DNA of 64,000 bases from the human T2T-CHM13v2.0 reference genome, Homo sapiens (GCF_009914755.1 NC_060925.1); one strand, 5' to 3'. Shown: positions 1 through 14,737, numbered from the stretch's first letter. Made by a program: numbers and translations. Notes: generated from the letters alone by a model not told the origin.

Positions 1-1709
1 GGTATCTAAGAAATCCTACGAGCAGAAATAACTTTTATTTTGTGTTATGCCAGTATTTCATGCCAGGCACAAAATAAGTCTCTTTTTCTATTTTCTTACT
101 TTTGCATTTGTTCTAAGAGGTTTTATTTGGTAGTGCTTAAGTATTTGAAGAGTATAACTGTGGAACTTTACATTTCTGATGTTACTCACTTTTAATCATA
201 GTTTGACTATTACTAGTCATATGCATGGAACTGGCTGTTGTTGTAACAGTAACAACTTTGAATGAGAAAATAAGAGATTTTGCTCTGATAAGAGACCTCT
301 AGAAACAATGTCATGTGGAGGAGAGGAGATCAAATTCTATTCTGTAGCTAGATATTGACACCGTAGGAGATTATCATTAGATGATTTATTTTTGCATGAC
401 ATGGTAAAGAGACAATGTGGAGAGTAGATGACTATAATTTTAAAAATAAAATGTGAAGGCCTAATGAGAACAGAAGTTGGCTTGCTTGAGAAGCAATGTA
501 AATGTCCCAAATAAGATTCAGAGTAGAAATATCTACTTATAGAAGCATTTGTAATAATGAAAAATTCTAAACAAAGGGAATTATTTTATATTTTTAATAG
601 CAATTATCCCCAGAATATATTGAACAAAGTTCTGAGAACATAATAGATATTTTGGCGGGGGGGGGCGGGGGGTGGGGGGTTTTGTTGTTTCTTTCATGAA
701 TTGTTTTGCTCAACATAAGATGAATAAATGTTCATTTTTAAAAAAATAGAAAGTTAAAAAGTGAAAAAATGAGAGTAAGGATCATTCATGATCTCATCCT
801 ATATATAACCATTATTAATATTTTTTGGTATATTCTTCCCTTTACTCTCATTTTCTTTAATGAAGTCAAACAAGTATTATTTGGGGCCAGGTCAGAGATG
901 GAACACTATTAGGCTGATGTATGGAACCAGATAACATTAACCCTTAGGATCATCCTCTTTGCTGACCATGGCCAACCCTCCCCCTAGTCTAGACCCAGCT
1001 TCCAGCTGCAAGCCTCCTTCACTGCCTCTCTCCTCCCCTCCCTGTGCTGGAAAAAAGAGGGCTGTTCTATAAAGGAGAGTGTCACTTAAGGCCCCAACAA
1101 CTCTACCATGGGAGCCTTCATCAGAAGAGTCAGTTATAAGAAGCAAAACGTGCTTTTTTGTAAGCCAGAAAGAAAGAAGAGCCCAGCCCAGAGGAGACTA
1201 ACAAACTGAGTGAGAAGTAGTCTATATGTGGTTTAGAGTTCGGGAATTCAAAGAAAGCAGCATGGGTAGGGACCCACTGACCCACAGTGGCAATGGGTAG
1301 CAGGGAAGGAAGGCAGGGAGTACAATGGTTATTGGAGCAGCATCTCCCCTTATGTGAAATTCCCTTGTCTTTGCCCCCACCAAACCCCTACAAAGGACTC
1401 CTAAAAAGAATAACTGGGGAGGACTATTTCAAGAAGGACCTAATTTCCTTATCCTGTGCTATTCAAGCAGGTAGTGCTTGAATAGATTTAAAATTTTGCT
1501 ATAAGTATGGCATAATACATACTGGTTATATGTGTCTGCACAGATATTTCTACCTACCAAATTGGAATTATAATGTGCATTCTATTTTATTTTAAAGCAT
1601 GGTTATCAAATTCGAAATCTAGATTCCTTATAGGCATTGTAATATATAACCTTTCTTTGTAGCTAAACTAGAAAGACTGCCAAATAATGGATACAAAATA
1701 AACACTAAA

Positions 1710-3900
1710 TTAAGTTGTCTATCCCTGATTTCTAATGAGATTGATGATTTTTTCATATGTTTGTGGCAATTTGTGTTTCCTGTTTTGTGAAATGCCGGTT
1801 TATGTATTTTTGCTCATTTTTCTATTGGTAGTCATTTTCTTGTTGATTTATGGAGATCTTTGATATATTTCACATACTAATCCTTTGTTGTCTGTAGGTA
1901 CTACAATTATTTCTTTTCAGTCTCTGGAGAGTCTTTTTATTTTCTACCTGGTATATTTTGATGGATAGAAGGTCTTAATTATAAAATAAGAAAATGTATA
2001 GTTTTTTGTGGGTAGCACATTTTCTGTTTTGCTTAAGAAGTCCTTCCCTCCTCAAAGCCAAAACGTGTTTTTCATATGTTTTCTTCTAAACGTTTGAAGG
2101 TTTAATTTTTTCATAATCAAATTCATTTCTGTGGGGGGCTTAATTATTTATACTGTGTACTGTGTATTTTTTTTCCAGAGACTCAGCTTTCCAAGCACCA
2201 TTTATTAAGTAGCATTTCCTTTCCACATGGATATGAGTATCACCTCTTAACAAAATATGATTTCTGTACATTCATGAGTTACTTTCCTTATTTTCTAGGT
2301 ACAAAAACTACATGATTGTAATTAGCACAAACAATAAATTTTGACAGTGGATAGGGCAAGTGTCTCAAACTTAGGCATCTGGACATTTACTTTTTGTATG
2401 CATTTAGAATTAGTTGATCAAGTTTCTCAAAAAGAAAAAATGTTAGGACTTGATTACAACGGCATTGACCCTATAACTCAATTTTTTATTGGAACGATAA
2501 TAAAGAGTTGACATTTCTATCATATCAAACCTTTTTAGGCATCAACATGACATACATCTTCATTTATTTTCTATTTTAATATCTGAGTTTTATAATTTTC
2601 TTCAGAAAAAGATTTCACACATTTTTAATTAATTTGTTCCTAAGTACATTATTTTTAAATTGTAGTTATAAATGTACTTCTTCAAAAATTATAGTTTCCA
2701 GTTGCTTGTTGCAGGTTTTTATTTTTTCTTCCAAATTTATTTAAGGTTCAGGTGGTGCATGTGCAGGTTTGTTACATGGATAAATTGCATGTCACTGGGG
2801 TTTGGTGTACAAATGATTTCATCACCCAGGTAGTGAGCGTAGTACCTGACAGGTAGTTTTTCAATCTTCACCCTCCTCCTACCCTCCACCTTCAGGTAGG
2901 ACCCCAGTATCTATTATTTCACTCTTTGTGTCCCTGTGTGCTCAATGTTTAGCTCCCACTTATAAGTGAGAGCATGTGGTATTTGGTTTTCTGTTCCTGC
3001 ATTAATTTGCTTGAGTTAATGGCCTCCAGCTGCATCCATGTTGTTGCAAAGGAGATGATTTAGTTCTTTTTTAACACTGCGTAGTATACCATGGTGAATA
3101 TGTACCATGTTTTCTTTATCCAGTCCACCATTGATAGGCATCTAGATTGATGCTATGTCCTGGCTATCATGAAAAGTTATTGCAGGTTTTTTTTACTTAT
3201 ATCTAGCTATCTGCTAAACCCTCTTAATAAAATGAATAATTTGTTTATAAATTATTTAGGGATTTCTATGTAACTAATCAAATAGCCTGTGAATAATCAC
3301 AGTGTGTTTTCTTGCACCTCAATTTTTAAACACTATTTCTTTCTCTTGCTTTATGTGTGACTAGTACTATGTTGAAGTGAAGCAACTATCATTGTCTGAT
3401 TCCTGATTTTAATGGGAACACCTATAATGTTTTGTCATTAATAATTGCTTTACCATTAGCTTTGTATAGATATTCTTTATCAGGTTCATAACATCCCTTC
3501 CTGCTTCTAGATTACTAAGAAAATTTAGCATGAACAAGTACTAAATTCTATGGGCTGTTTTGTCTGCATTTATTGATATTCCATTTTTTCTCTTTTATTC
3601 TGTTAATACAAAATTTCTAATGTAAAACCACTTTTGCATTTCTGAAATACATACATGGTTCATGATCTAATCATGATCATGATCTTCTATATAAACTATT
3701 TGGTTCATTCCTGCTTGGAATTTGTAAAAATCTGTACTCATTAGAGAGATTTGTATACATTATTCTTGCATACTTTATCTGTAGGTTCATATTACTCATC
3801 AATTTTGGAAAATTATCAGCCCTGTCTCTTTAAATGTTTCCTTTTACCTATTTGCTCTGTCTCTTCTGCTGGAATTTGGATTAAATAGAAATATGAATAT
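1710..3900 (-). mobile_element. Ancient L1M/L1ME fragments (interrupted by a younger L1 at 2722-3176)
   Basis: Degenerate T-rich antisense L1 ORF2/3' motifs such as ttttcatatgtttgtggcaatttgtgtttcc and ccaagcaccatttatta. Confidence 0.6.
2722..3176 (-). mobile_element. L1PA (older, L1PA13-16-like) 3' end
   Basis: Antisense L1 3'UTR (catgtgcaggtttgttacatgg...gctcccacttataagtgagagcatg), flanked by the direct repeat TTGCAGGTTTTT (TSD). Confidence 0.85.
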
Positions 3901-5154
3901 AAAATCATAAGTGCTTAGGAATCACTAGCTAATTTTATTAATTATTTTATATTTTCTTCTTGAAAAAGCAGTCAATCAGAGAAGAAGAATTTTAAAATAT
4001 TTCTTTCATATCCTTAAAGAGAGGCTTTCTTACCTTTTTACATAAAATTATACGGTATTAATTTCCTCAGAACTTGGAGACTTGATGATGAGGTCATTTT
4101 GAGAGTGTTTTCACCTTTTTTTTAACTACTTAATGTACTCATTACTCACCAAGATATTTCTAAATTATAGGCTACTCAATTTCTGGATTAAAGAACAAAA
4201 TATGATTTTAAAAACAAAACATTGAAATGATAGCAGCAAAAATATTTAAAGAGCAAGAAAAGTTATTCTATGTGAAAAAGAAAACAATATTTAATTTTTT
4301 AAACACAGTGTAAAGTTGGATTGAATTTAAAAGTTCAAAAATTCAGCAGGAAATAAGTAGTGTCATTTTAACTAACATTTGAAACAGTAAATCAAGCAGT
4401 CGTTATAAAAACATTTCATAAATTCAGCCATCCACAAACTATATTAGAAGACTTGTATTCTATAAAACTGCTTTATAGAAAAGCTTTAAAAAAATTCTGC
4501 ACTCTACAAATCACCATTTTAAATGCTTAGTAAGGCTACAGATTATAATAAGGGAGAATTGTTAATCTCAATATTCAAATGGAATTTGTTTCTGTTGGCT
4601 TTACTCACTTTATTTCATAGAGTCAAACAAAAATTTCAAAGAAATGAATTAAATAAAAATTCCTAGAATAGAGATATTCTGAGCGATACAGTTGACAAGA
4701 AATAGATGCTTTGGGCTAAATAAATGATATGAATGTGTTTTCATAGAAATTTGAGACAGTCGAGTACTTATGCTAATGTTTTCATTATAACTAAAATTGA
4801 CTAGAATTAAATTAAACTCATTTTACTAAAAGCATGGCAGCCAATAGTCTCACCTCCCTAGTTCACCAAAGGTGTGCTCATTTTTAATTACCTAAAATGC
4901 ATGTATACCTGAGGCAAGCACTATATTTACATAGCCAGTAATTTCCTTATAAGCAATTACAGCATAGGTTTGCCACACCTACTAATCAAATTGTATAATT
5001 TATTCTTCAAGTTGTACTCACTTTTTAAAAAGAGCAAAATAATGAAGTACAATTTGTCATCACATAACTGGCCACCCAATTTTAAGGAAAATACTTGAAA
5101 CATGCTAATTTACTCCTTCATTTTTCTGCATTTGTAAAGCCACTAAGGCTGTAG

Positions 5155-5156
<2 letters not shown>

Positions 5157-5203
<47 letters not shown>
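5157..5203. repeat. (TA)n microsatellite, ~23 units
   Basis: Pure TA run seen directly. Confidence 0.98.
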
Positions 5204-5206
<3 letters not shown>

Positions 5207-5294
5207 ACAGACATTGCCAGAAGTTATTAATACATCAAAAGAAACTTGAAAAATGAAACTTATTTTTGAAGTTATTGGGAGTATGTCAATTTCT

Positions 5295-5790
5295 GTATCA
5301 ATGAGAGTCCAGTCAGCAGGTGAAAACTATACTGATTATTTAACAAAGAAAGTTTAATAGAAAGATGGTTTATCGTGTATGAGAGAACTGAAGGAGCAAA
5401 GGGGGGACACTGAAAAAGGAAGTTTGAAAAGGTGAAATTGGGTCTTCGACTTCTAAGGAGGGGCCCCCACAGGCTAGTGCTGGTGTCTCTGACATGAAGA
5501 GGCTGATTCTAGTTATGTGGAAAAACTACACACTGGAAACACTTGCTGTTACTGAATTCTAGTGTCACCACAGTGAAGTATTGCTGAGGAAGTGCAAAGA
5601 GAAGCCAAACGTAAATAAAAAGAGCAAGTCCCTCTTCCTCCTCCAGCCCCTCCCCAGGACACTCAATTGTTAGAGCCTAACATGGAGCCACTTGTCAAAA
5701 TGGCAGTGTGGCTAACCCCAGAATTACAAAGTAGAAATTAGAAGAGTTAGCTCACAGCTGAAAAGCTACTGTTTAATAACCAGCAAGTCG
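5295..5790. mobile_element. Probable ancient ERVL/MaLR-type LTR relic
   Basis: Begins tgtatcaatgagagtccagtcagcagg...gtttaatag, resembling an antisense LTR start. Highly diverged. Confidence 0.35.
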
Positions 5791-7099
5791 GTACTGTGTC
5801 CTGAAAACAATGGACAAGAGAAGTGTTGATTTTTGTGACTCCATTTTGACGTCATTTTCTCCAGAAAGTTTTCCTTGCACCTAGCAGAGTACCCAGCTCC
5901 CAACTGGTACTTGACGTTTGTAGAACAAATCATTTGATTTTAAAAGCAAACAGATCGATCAATTCTCATCATCAGAATCATGCCTATATAAATACAAATT
6001 TTTAACTCTAAACAATAGTAGAGGTAGAGAAAATACTTTAATTTGTCTGAAAAGCAATCATTCCATAGTTAGCTGTCTTTTGAAGCATCAATCCCAATTT
6101 ACTTTGAGACATACTTCCAAATGAGTTTCTTGATGAAACTTTAAAGTACAAAATTTGAGATTGTGACCAATAAATACATACGCACAGGCAAATATGCATA
6201 TGTACATAAATAAATAAATCTGCAGTCCCACTAACTCTGAAGTTTGAAAGGAATTCTTGAAGAATCATTCAATTAAAATGAACTTTCTGGCTGAAACTAA
6301 TTACAGAGATACTTCTTTCAGAGGAGGATCAAATTGGGGTCTCCACTTTTATCAATGCAACATCTCTTGACCTATGGCTTTAATAAGCAGACTCCACTGT
6401 CATACATTGAAGTAAAGGAACTCCTTTTCTTGCTCTTGAATTTTCCCTTTGCTAGCAGTAAAATAAATCATCTTTGCTTCTGTTTTCCAAGGAAGCAGCT
6501 TTTCCCTCGTTGCCGTTTCTCATTAACAAAATATCATGACTGGGCACTATGAATGAAATTAATTAGCTCGGTTTGCGTTTCCATAAATGGATTTTTCTGA
6601 GAACGGCATGTATCTCCATGCAGTCAAATACCCTGGTGATTCTGTCAACGGTTTCTACCAGAGAAATTGAAGGGGGAATAATGTGTAAATTAATTAAAAG
6701 CTCCCTGATGGAACCAGAGTAAAGCATATTAAATAGGAGTTCAAATGTGTAATCAAGACTTTACAAAGAATCTCCCCCTGCAAAAATAAAAAAAATCAGA
6801 CTTTACAAGGAAAATAAAAGTATTCTGCAAGCAAGGAGTAAACCCTATATATGATACCTATTCACAGCTCGAAAACATACTTGAGTTATGAATAGGAGTT
6901 GTAAATCACCCCAAAAAAACAAGAAAAATTATATTTAAAGTAATTCAAACTAAAATCTTCATTTATATGCTGAAATGGAAATATCTGGATGTATTGCCTA
7001 AAATCGAATTAATAGAAAACAAATGTTATTTGATTTCAGGTTTCACAACAAACCAAAACTAAAAGTAAAAACACTGAGGAGAAATATAAAGAAAGGAAA

Positions 7100-7700
7100 A
7101 GATGATATGGGGTGGGGAGATGTCATTGGTTAGTCTGGCTGGGTAAGCTTCAGTCTCAGAAGGTAGCATTTTAGTAAAAACTGAAAGGAGGTCAGGGAGT
7201 GAGCCATGCAAATATCTGGCTGGAAGATTGTTCTATGCAGCGGGAACAGCAAGTACCAACACCTGATATGAGACCAAGCCTGACCTGTGGACAGCAAGAA
7301 GCCCAGAAGGACGCAGTAGACCAAATGAGAAAAGTATTGGGAGATAAGTTAATTTGTGGAGTGGGAGAGAACCCTGTAAGACATTTTAAGGATTTAGGAT
7401 TTTATTCTGAGTAAAATGGGAAGCTCTTTGGAAGGGTTTGAGCAAGTAGAACCTCGATCTAACTCACATCAAATTATGTTACTTTATATTACATTAGGTC
7501 ATATTAATTAATTACATTATCAAGACCACTTTACTATGTTGAGAATAGACGGGTCAGGCAGTGTCAAGGTAGAGTCAGGGAAAACAGTTAGAAAGTTATT
7601 GCAGTAATCTAGGCAGGAAATATTAGCATGCTGGATTAGGGTAGTAGCAATGGAGGTGGTAAGAAACCAATTTCTGGGTAAATCTTTAAACTATAGCTAG
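7100..7700 (-). mobile_element. L2 fragment (continues at ~9926-10030)
   Basis: gagccatgcaaatatctgg...ggaacagcaagt and ggattttattctgagtaaaatgggaag are typical antisense L2 motifs. Confidence 0.75.
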
Positions 7701-8560
7701 AAGAAGATATGGTAGGATCTGAATTTTGTAAATTGAGGACACCTATCAAAAACTAATACAAAATTAGAAATACATAATTAGATACAAAAAAGAATGTTAT
7801 TCAGAATAAAAAAAAGAAACTACAAATTTTAAATTACAAATAAAAATCATAAAATATAATTTTGAAAGCTGACAAAATGCCACAAACATCATAAAATCGT
7901 GGAAAATAACATAATAGCACACATCTATAATGCTTCCTTCCCCCTTACATTTTGGTTTCATGCTCTTTGACAGCCTTTCCATGTGACAAACATCGTGTAG
8001 TATTTTCTTTGGAGATTATAGAAAAACAATCCAGTCTTTCCTCTAACATGATTTTTAATATTGATAGTTTGGAAATGCTTACAATTTTCATTGATATGCC
8101 TTGCAGAATTTTAGGACTGTTGTCAAATTTGGGAAAACATTTGCCTCCATACATTCTAAACCTTCTTTTTCCTCCACCACCTACGTACTTATAGTGCCAG
8201 GAACCAAAGAACAGGTTTATGTCTCAATACATGCTCTGGCCCTGCACCTTCATGTCCTGATGGTCAGGTGAGTGGGCACAGTGGGCAGTAGGAGGATTTC
8301 CAGAAGCCATTTCTAAATAAAATGGCTAGCTAGCACAAGTTAAGTACACACAGAAATTATTGCAAATCATATAAACACATTCCACAAAACCCGTATGAAG
8401 GGTATCCCCATACAACTTCCTTTAAGCAAGCTCTGCAAAATGCCTGGGTCCATTCAATCACCATAGGACGTGATAGAAATTGCAACAGAGGGGAAGCAAA
8501 ATAGAAATTCTAGTTAAAATATCTTACTTTTATCCAGAATTCCAGGCCTACATATATACC

Positions 8561-9255
8561 TGTGTTACTTTTCTATTTCTGAATGGTAACAAATTACCAC
8601 AAATTCAGTGAATAAAGGCAATACAAAATTATTATCTTACAGTTCTGGGAGGTCAGAAGTCCTAAAATCCAGGTCTCATCAGGGCTGCACTCCTTCTAAA
8701 GGCACTAGAGGAGAATCCATTTCTTCTCTTTTCCCAGCTTCTAGAGGCCACTTGCATTCCTTACGTGGCCCCTTCCTCACATCGCCTTGATCTCTGCCTC
8801 TCTCATCACATTTTCTCTACCATCTCTGACCCCCTTGCCTCTCTCTTATAATGACATTTGTAATTACACTGGGCCCCCTCAGATAATCCAGGATAATCTC
8901 TCCATCTCAAGATCCCTAAATTAATCACATCTGTAATTTCTTTTACTATGTAAGGTAACATATTTATAGGTTCTTGGAATTAGGATGTGAACATCTTTGG
9001 GGTGTCATTATTCAGTCTACTACAAGTTTGTGCAGCCCTTGGCCTATGAGCCACCATGTAGCCCAGGACGGCTTTGAATGCAGACCAACACAAATTTGTA
9101 AACTATCTTAAAGCATTATGAGTTTTTTTGCGATTTTTTTTAGCTTATCAGCTATCATTAGTGTTAGTATATTTTTATATGTGGCCCAAGACAATTGTTT
9201 TTCTTCCAATGTGGCCCAGGGAAGCCAGAAGATTGGACAGCCCTAGTCTACTACA
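8561..9255 (-). mobile_element. MLT1 (C/D-like) MaLR solo LTR, carrying a MER30 near its end
   Basis: TG...CA termini, gtaacaaattaccacaaa...cttacagttctgggaggtcagaagtc, and a 5-bp TSD ATACC (8556-8560, 9256-9260). Confidence 0.85.
9023..9245 (-). mobile_element. MER30 (hAT-Charlie MITE)
   Basis: Matches the reverse complement of MER30 (ccaatgtggcccagggaagccagaagattggacagccct). 8-bp TSD GTCTACTA (9015-9022, 9246-9253). Confidence 0.9.
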
Positions 9256-10101
9256 ATACCCAAGAAAATTGAAAATGCTATGTTCACACAAAACTCATAC
9301 ATGAATATGCAAACCAACATTATTGATAATAGGCAAGAAGTGGAAACAATAGAAATGTCCATCACCTGTTGAATGGATGTGCATGATGTGGTATATCCAT
9401 ACAATGGAATAGTATTCAGCAACGAAAAAAAATGATTAAAGGTCCGATATGTGCTACAACGTGGTTAAACCTTGAAAACATTATGCCAACTAAAAGAAGC
9501 CAGAAACAAAAGGCCATGTGTTATATGATTTTACTTATATGAAATGTCTAAAATAGACAAATCCACAATGACAAACAGTAGATTGGTGCTTTCCAGGGTC
9601 CAGAGGGAGAGGAGAATGGGTATGGGTTTTTTGAGAAATGATGAAAATATACTGGAATTAGATAGTGGTGATGGTTGACAATTCTGTGAATATACTAAAA
9701 ACCACTTAATTTTATACTCTAAAAGGGTGAATTTTATGACATATGAGTTATATTTCAATGTTTTAAATCTTATAAAATAAAACAATCTTACTTTTGCAAA
9801 TATTCCAAAAACATATGGCCCAAGTGAACACTTTTCCAGGCTGCCTCCCAGGATCTAGAAAGGAATTCATGCAAATAGGGCTTTAAAGCTTAAGCTTCAT
9901 TAACTTCAAGGTAAACCTGCCTCTAGGTAGAAGCAACAGGATTTGTTGACAGATCAGATATCAGGAATAAGAGGGAGAGTAGTTAAGTGTAACTTCAAGA
10001 TTTGAGACCTAAGCAACTTAAAAAATGAAATTTCTAGTTCCAAATAGGAAACAATAAAAAATGAAAGTTTTTTTTTTTCAGTTCTTATTTTTTATCATGG
10101 T

Positions 10102-10104
<3 letters not shown>

Positions 10105-10150
<46 letters not shown>
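10105..10150. repeat. (CA)n microsatellite, ~22 units
   Basis: Pure CA run. Confidence 0.98.
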
Positions 10151-10151
<1 letters not shown>

Positions 10152-12839
10152 CATGAGATTTACCCTCTTCTCAAATTTTTCAATAGCCATTTCATTATTG
10201 TGAACTACTAAGCACAATGTTGTGCAGCAGATCTCTAGAACTTTTCTATCTTCCATAACTGAAAACTTTTGCCCATTGAACTGCAACTCCCCATTTTCCT
10301 CTCCCCAGCCCCTGGAACCACCATTCTGCTTTCTGCTTCTATGGGTTTGACTTTTTCAGATATGTCGTTTCAGCAGAATCATGCAGTATTTACCTTTCTG
10401 TGACTGGCTTATTTCACTTACCAAAATATCTCCAAGGTTCATCCATGTTTCTACATGATAGGAATTTCTTCTTTCTTGAGGCCAAATCATATTTCATTAC
10501 ATATATATGCTACTCATCAGTTGATCCACTCATTCATCAATGGACATGTAAGACATTTATTTATTCATCCATCAGTGGACATTTGGGTCACTTATACATC
10601 CCAGCTATCGTTAATAATGCTGCAGTGAATACATAAGGACAAATTTTTTGAAGTCCCTATTTCAGTTCTTTTGGATAAGTATCCAAAAGCATGATTGCTG
10701 GATCATATAGTAGTTTTATTTTTAATTTTTTGAAGAAACTTCATATTGTTTTCCATAATGACAGCACCATTTTACGTTCCCACCAACAGTACATAAGAGT
10801 TCCAATTTCCCCCACATCCTTGCCAACACTTATTATTTTGGTTTTTTTTTCTTGATAATGTTCGTTATAACAACTGTGAGGTGATTTCTCATTGTGGTTT
10901 TGATTTGCATTTTCCTGATTATTACTGATGTTGAGCATTTTTTCTTATACCTGTGGGTTATTTGTATGTCTTTTTTTAAGAAATGACTCTTAAGGTTCCT
11001 TTCTGTTTTTTAACCAGGTTGTTTTACTATTATTGAGTCTTTTTAATTCCTCATATATTTTAGATATTGATCCCTTATCAGATATGTAGTTTGCAAATAC
11101 TTTCTCCCATTCCATATGTTGTCTCTTCACTCTGTTGATTGTTTCCTTTGACTTGCAGAAGATTTAGTTTGCTGTAATCCCACTTGTCTATTTTTACTTC
11201 TTTTGTCTCTGCTTTTGGGTTATATCCAAAGAGTCTTTGCCAAGAACAACGCCAAGAAACTTTTTTCTGTATTTTCTTCTAGAAGTTTTACAGTTTCGGG
11301 ACATACATTACTTAAGTCTTCAACCCATTTTGAGTTGATTTTTGCATATGGGGTGGAATAATGGTCCAATTTCATACTTCAGCATATCCAACTTTCCCAA
11401 AAGTATTTATCAGAGACTATCCTTTCCCCATTGTGGTGCTGTTGACACCTTTATTGAAGATCAGTTCATTAGTATAAATGTGGTTTTATTTCTGGGCTCT
11501 CTGTTTTATTTCATTGGTCTATATGTCTGTTCTCTGTGCCTGTACCATGCTGTTTCAATTACCATAACTTTTTAGTAGATTTTGAGATCAGATAGTATGA
11601 TGCCTCTAGCTTTGTTCTTTTTGCTCAAGATTGCTTTGTCTATTTGTGAACTTTTGTGATTTCATGCTTGTTTTAGAATCATTTTTTATAATTCTGTGGA
11701 AAATGTTAGAATTTGTATGGGGATTGCATTAAATATGTAGATCACTTTGGGTAGTATGGGCATTATACCAATATTAATTCTTCCCATCCATGAATATAGG
11801 ATATCTTTCCACTTATTTCTATCTTCTTCAATTTATTTCATCAACATTTTATAGTTTTCAGTGTACACATCTTTCACCTCTTTGGTTAAATTTATCCCTA
11901 AGTATTTTTTATGCTATGATAAATGGGATTTTCCTGATTTATTTTTGGACAGCTCATTTTTCTGTATAAAAACTCTATTAATTTTATGTTGATTTTGTAT
12001 CCCACAACTTTACTGAATTTGTTTATTAGTTCTAATTTTAGTGGAACCTTTGGGGCTTTCCATATACAAGAGCATGTCATCTGTAAGCAGAGACATTTTA
12101 CATCTCTTTTCTATTTGCATGCCTATTTCTTTTTCTTGCCTAATTTCTATGGCTAGGATTTCCGGTACTCTGTTGAACAAAACTGGTAACAGTGTGCATT
12201 CTTGTCTTGTTCCTGATGTTAGAAGAAAAGGTTATAGTTTTTCAGTGTCGAGCATGATGTTAGCTGTGGGCTTGTCGTGCATGACCTTTAGCATGTTGGG
12301 GTACATTTTTTCTATACTTAATTTGTTAAGAGTTTTTATCATGAAAAGGTGTTGAATTTTGTCAAATACTTTTTCTGCATCTAATAAGATGATCAGATTA
12401 TTTTTATCCTTCATTCTGTTAATGTGGTGCATTTCAAATATTGATTTGCACATGTTGAACCATCCCTTTATTCCAGAGATAAATCCCACTTACAAATGTT
12501 CTGTGTGCACTTGAGAAAAATGTTTATTAAGCTGTCGTTGGGTGGAATATTCTGTACATGTCTGTTAAGTCCATTGGTATACAGGGTTTATCAAGTCCTG
12601 TTTTTTGGGTATTTTTTTTATTGATCTGGAATGTTCTAGCCATTGTTGAAAGTAGAATATTGAAGTCCCTTACTCATATTGTGTTGCTTTCTATTTCCTC
12701 CATCAATTCTGTCAACATTTGCATCATATATTTAGATATTCTGATATCGGGTTTGCATATATTTATAGTTGTTATAGCTTCTTGGTGAATGAACCCCTTT
12801 ATCATTATATAATGTTCTTTATTTATTTTGACAGTTTTT

Positions 12840-13141
<302 letters not shown>

Positions 13142-13235
13142 TATTTTGACAGTTTTTAAAGTCTAATTTGTCCGATATAAATATTACCAGTCTTGATGTC
13201 TTCTCATTACCATTTGCATGGAATATCTTTTTTCA

Positions 13236-13661
<426 letters not shown>

Positions 13662-14173
13662 TTATAGTTGGGTCTTGTTATATATCTATTCAGTAACACT
13701 GTGTTGTCTCATTGGAGAGTTCAGTTCATTTACATTTAGAGTAATTACTGATGGAGAAGGACTTAGTATTGCCATTTTGTTAAGTATTTTATCCCTGTCT
13801 TATAACTTTTTTGTGTTATTTTTCTTCTCTTTCTGTTTTCCTTTGTGTTTCATTCATTCTTTATAGTTATTTGTTTTGACTCCTATTTCATTTTCTTTTG
13901 TGTATCATCAATAGGTATATTTTGGGCTTACCATAAGGTGCTTATAAAATATATTATAGTTATAACAATTTATTTTAAGCTGATAACAACTTAACTTCAA
14001 TCATATACAAAAACTCTACACTTTTACATTTCCCCAAGTCCACTTCATGCTTTTGATGTCACAGCTCATATATTTTTATATTATATATCTATCAACTTAT
14101 TTTTATAGTTATATTTATATACTGTTGCCTTTTCATTTCTGTACCAGGCTTAACAATGGTTTATGCACTACTA

Positions 14174-14737
14174 CAATATTCCCCCTTTATCTGCAGAGGA
14201 TATGCTTCAAAACCCACAACAGATGCCTGAAACTGTGGATAGTACCAAACCTATATATACTATTTTTTTTACATATACATACCTATGATAAAGTTTAATT
14301 TATAAATTAGGCACAATAAAAGACTAACAGCAATAACTAATAATAAAATAGAACAATTATAACAATATACTGTAAAAAAAAGTTATGCAAATGTGATCTC
14401 TCTCTCTCTCCCCCTCTTTCTCTCTCTCAAAATATCTTATTGTGGTATACTAACTCTTCTTGTGATCTGTCAACCTGATAACTGAGAAGGTTACTAGGTG
14501 ACTAATCAGGTGGGTAGTGGGTACAGCATGAATACGTTGGACGAAGGGGTGACTCACATCCCAGGAGAGACAGAGCAGGACAGTGCGAGATTTCATCCTG
14601 CTACTCAGAACAGTGCACAATTTAAAACTTATAAATAGTTTGTTTCTGGAATTTTCCATTTAATATTTTCAGATTATGGTTGAACACTGGTAACTAAAAC
14701 TATGGAAAATGAAACTGTGGATAAGCAGGAGATTATT
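14174..14737 (-). mobile_element. MER44-type (Tigger7-derived) DNA transposon
   Basis: Termini resemble the CAGTAGTCCCCCCTTATCC TIR, flanked by TA. Internal gatagtaccaaacctatatatac...tttataaattaggcaca. Confidence 0.8.

Larger units (their letters stand above)
8532..9784 (+). mobile_element. L1MB-like 3' end, split by an MLT1 LTR
   Basis: L1M 3' motifs (gtggaaacaa...atgtccatca, tagattggtgctttccaggg, aaaagggtgaattttatg). TSD ATCTTACTTTT at 8521-8531 and 9785-9795. Confidence 0.8.
7710..9925 (-). mobile_element. hAT-Tip100-type DNA transposon relic (Zaphod/MER115-like), split by nested inserts 8532-9784
   Basis: The terminus aagcttaagcttcattaacttcaaggtaaacctgcctct is the reverse complement of the AGAGGCGGATTTACCGTGAAGCTAATGAAGCTTAAGCTT-type end. 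A related fragment lies at ~25190-25440. Confidence 0.55.

Noticed and set aside
880-1480. GC-richer segment with two small ORFs (937..1146, 1287..1481)
   Set aside because: No recognisable protein similarity or splice context. It may be an ancient LTR relic, which I cannot assign without Dfam.
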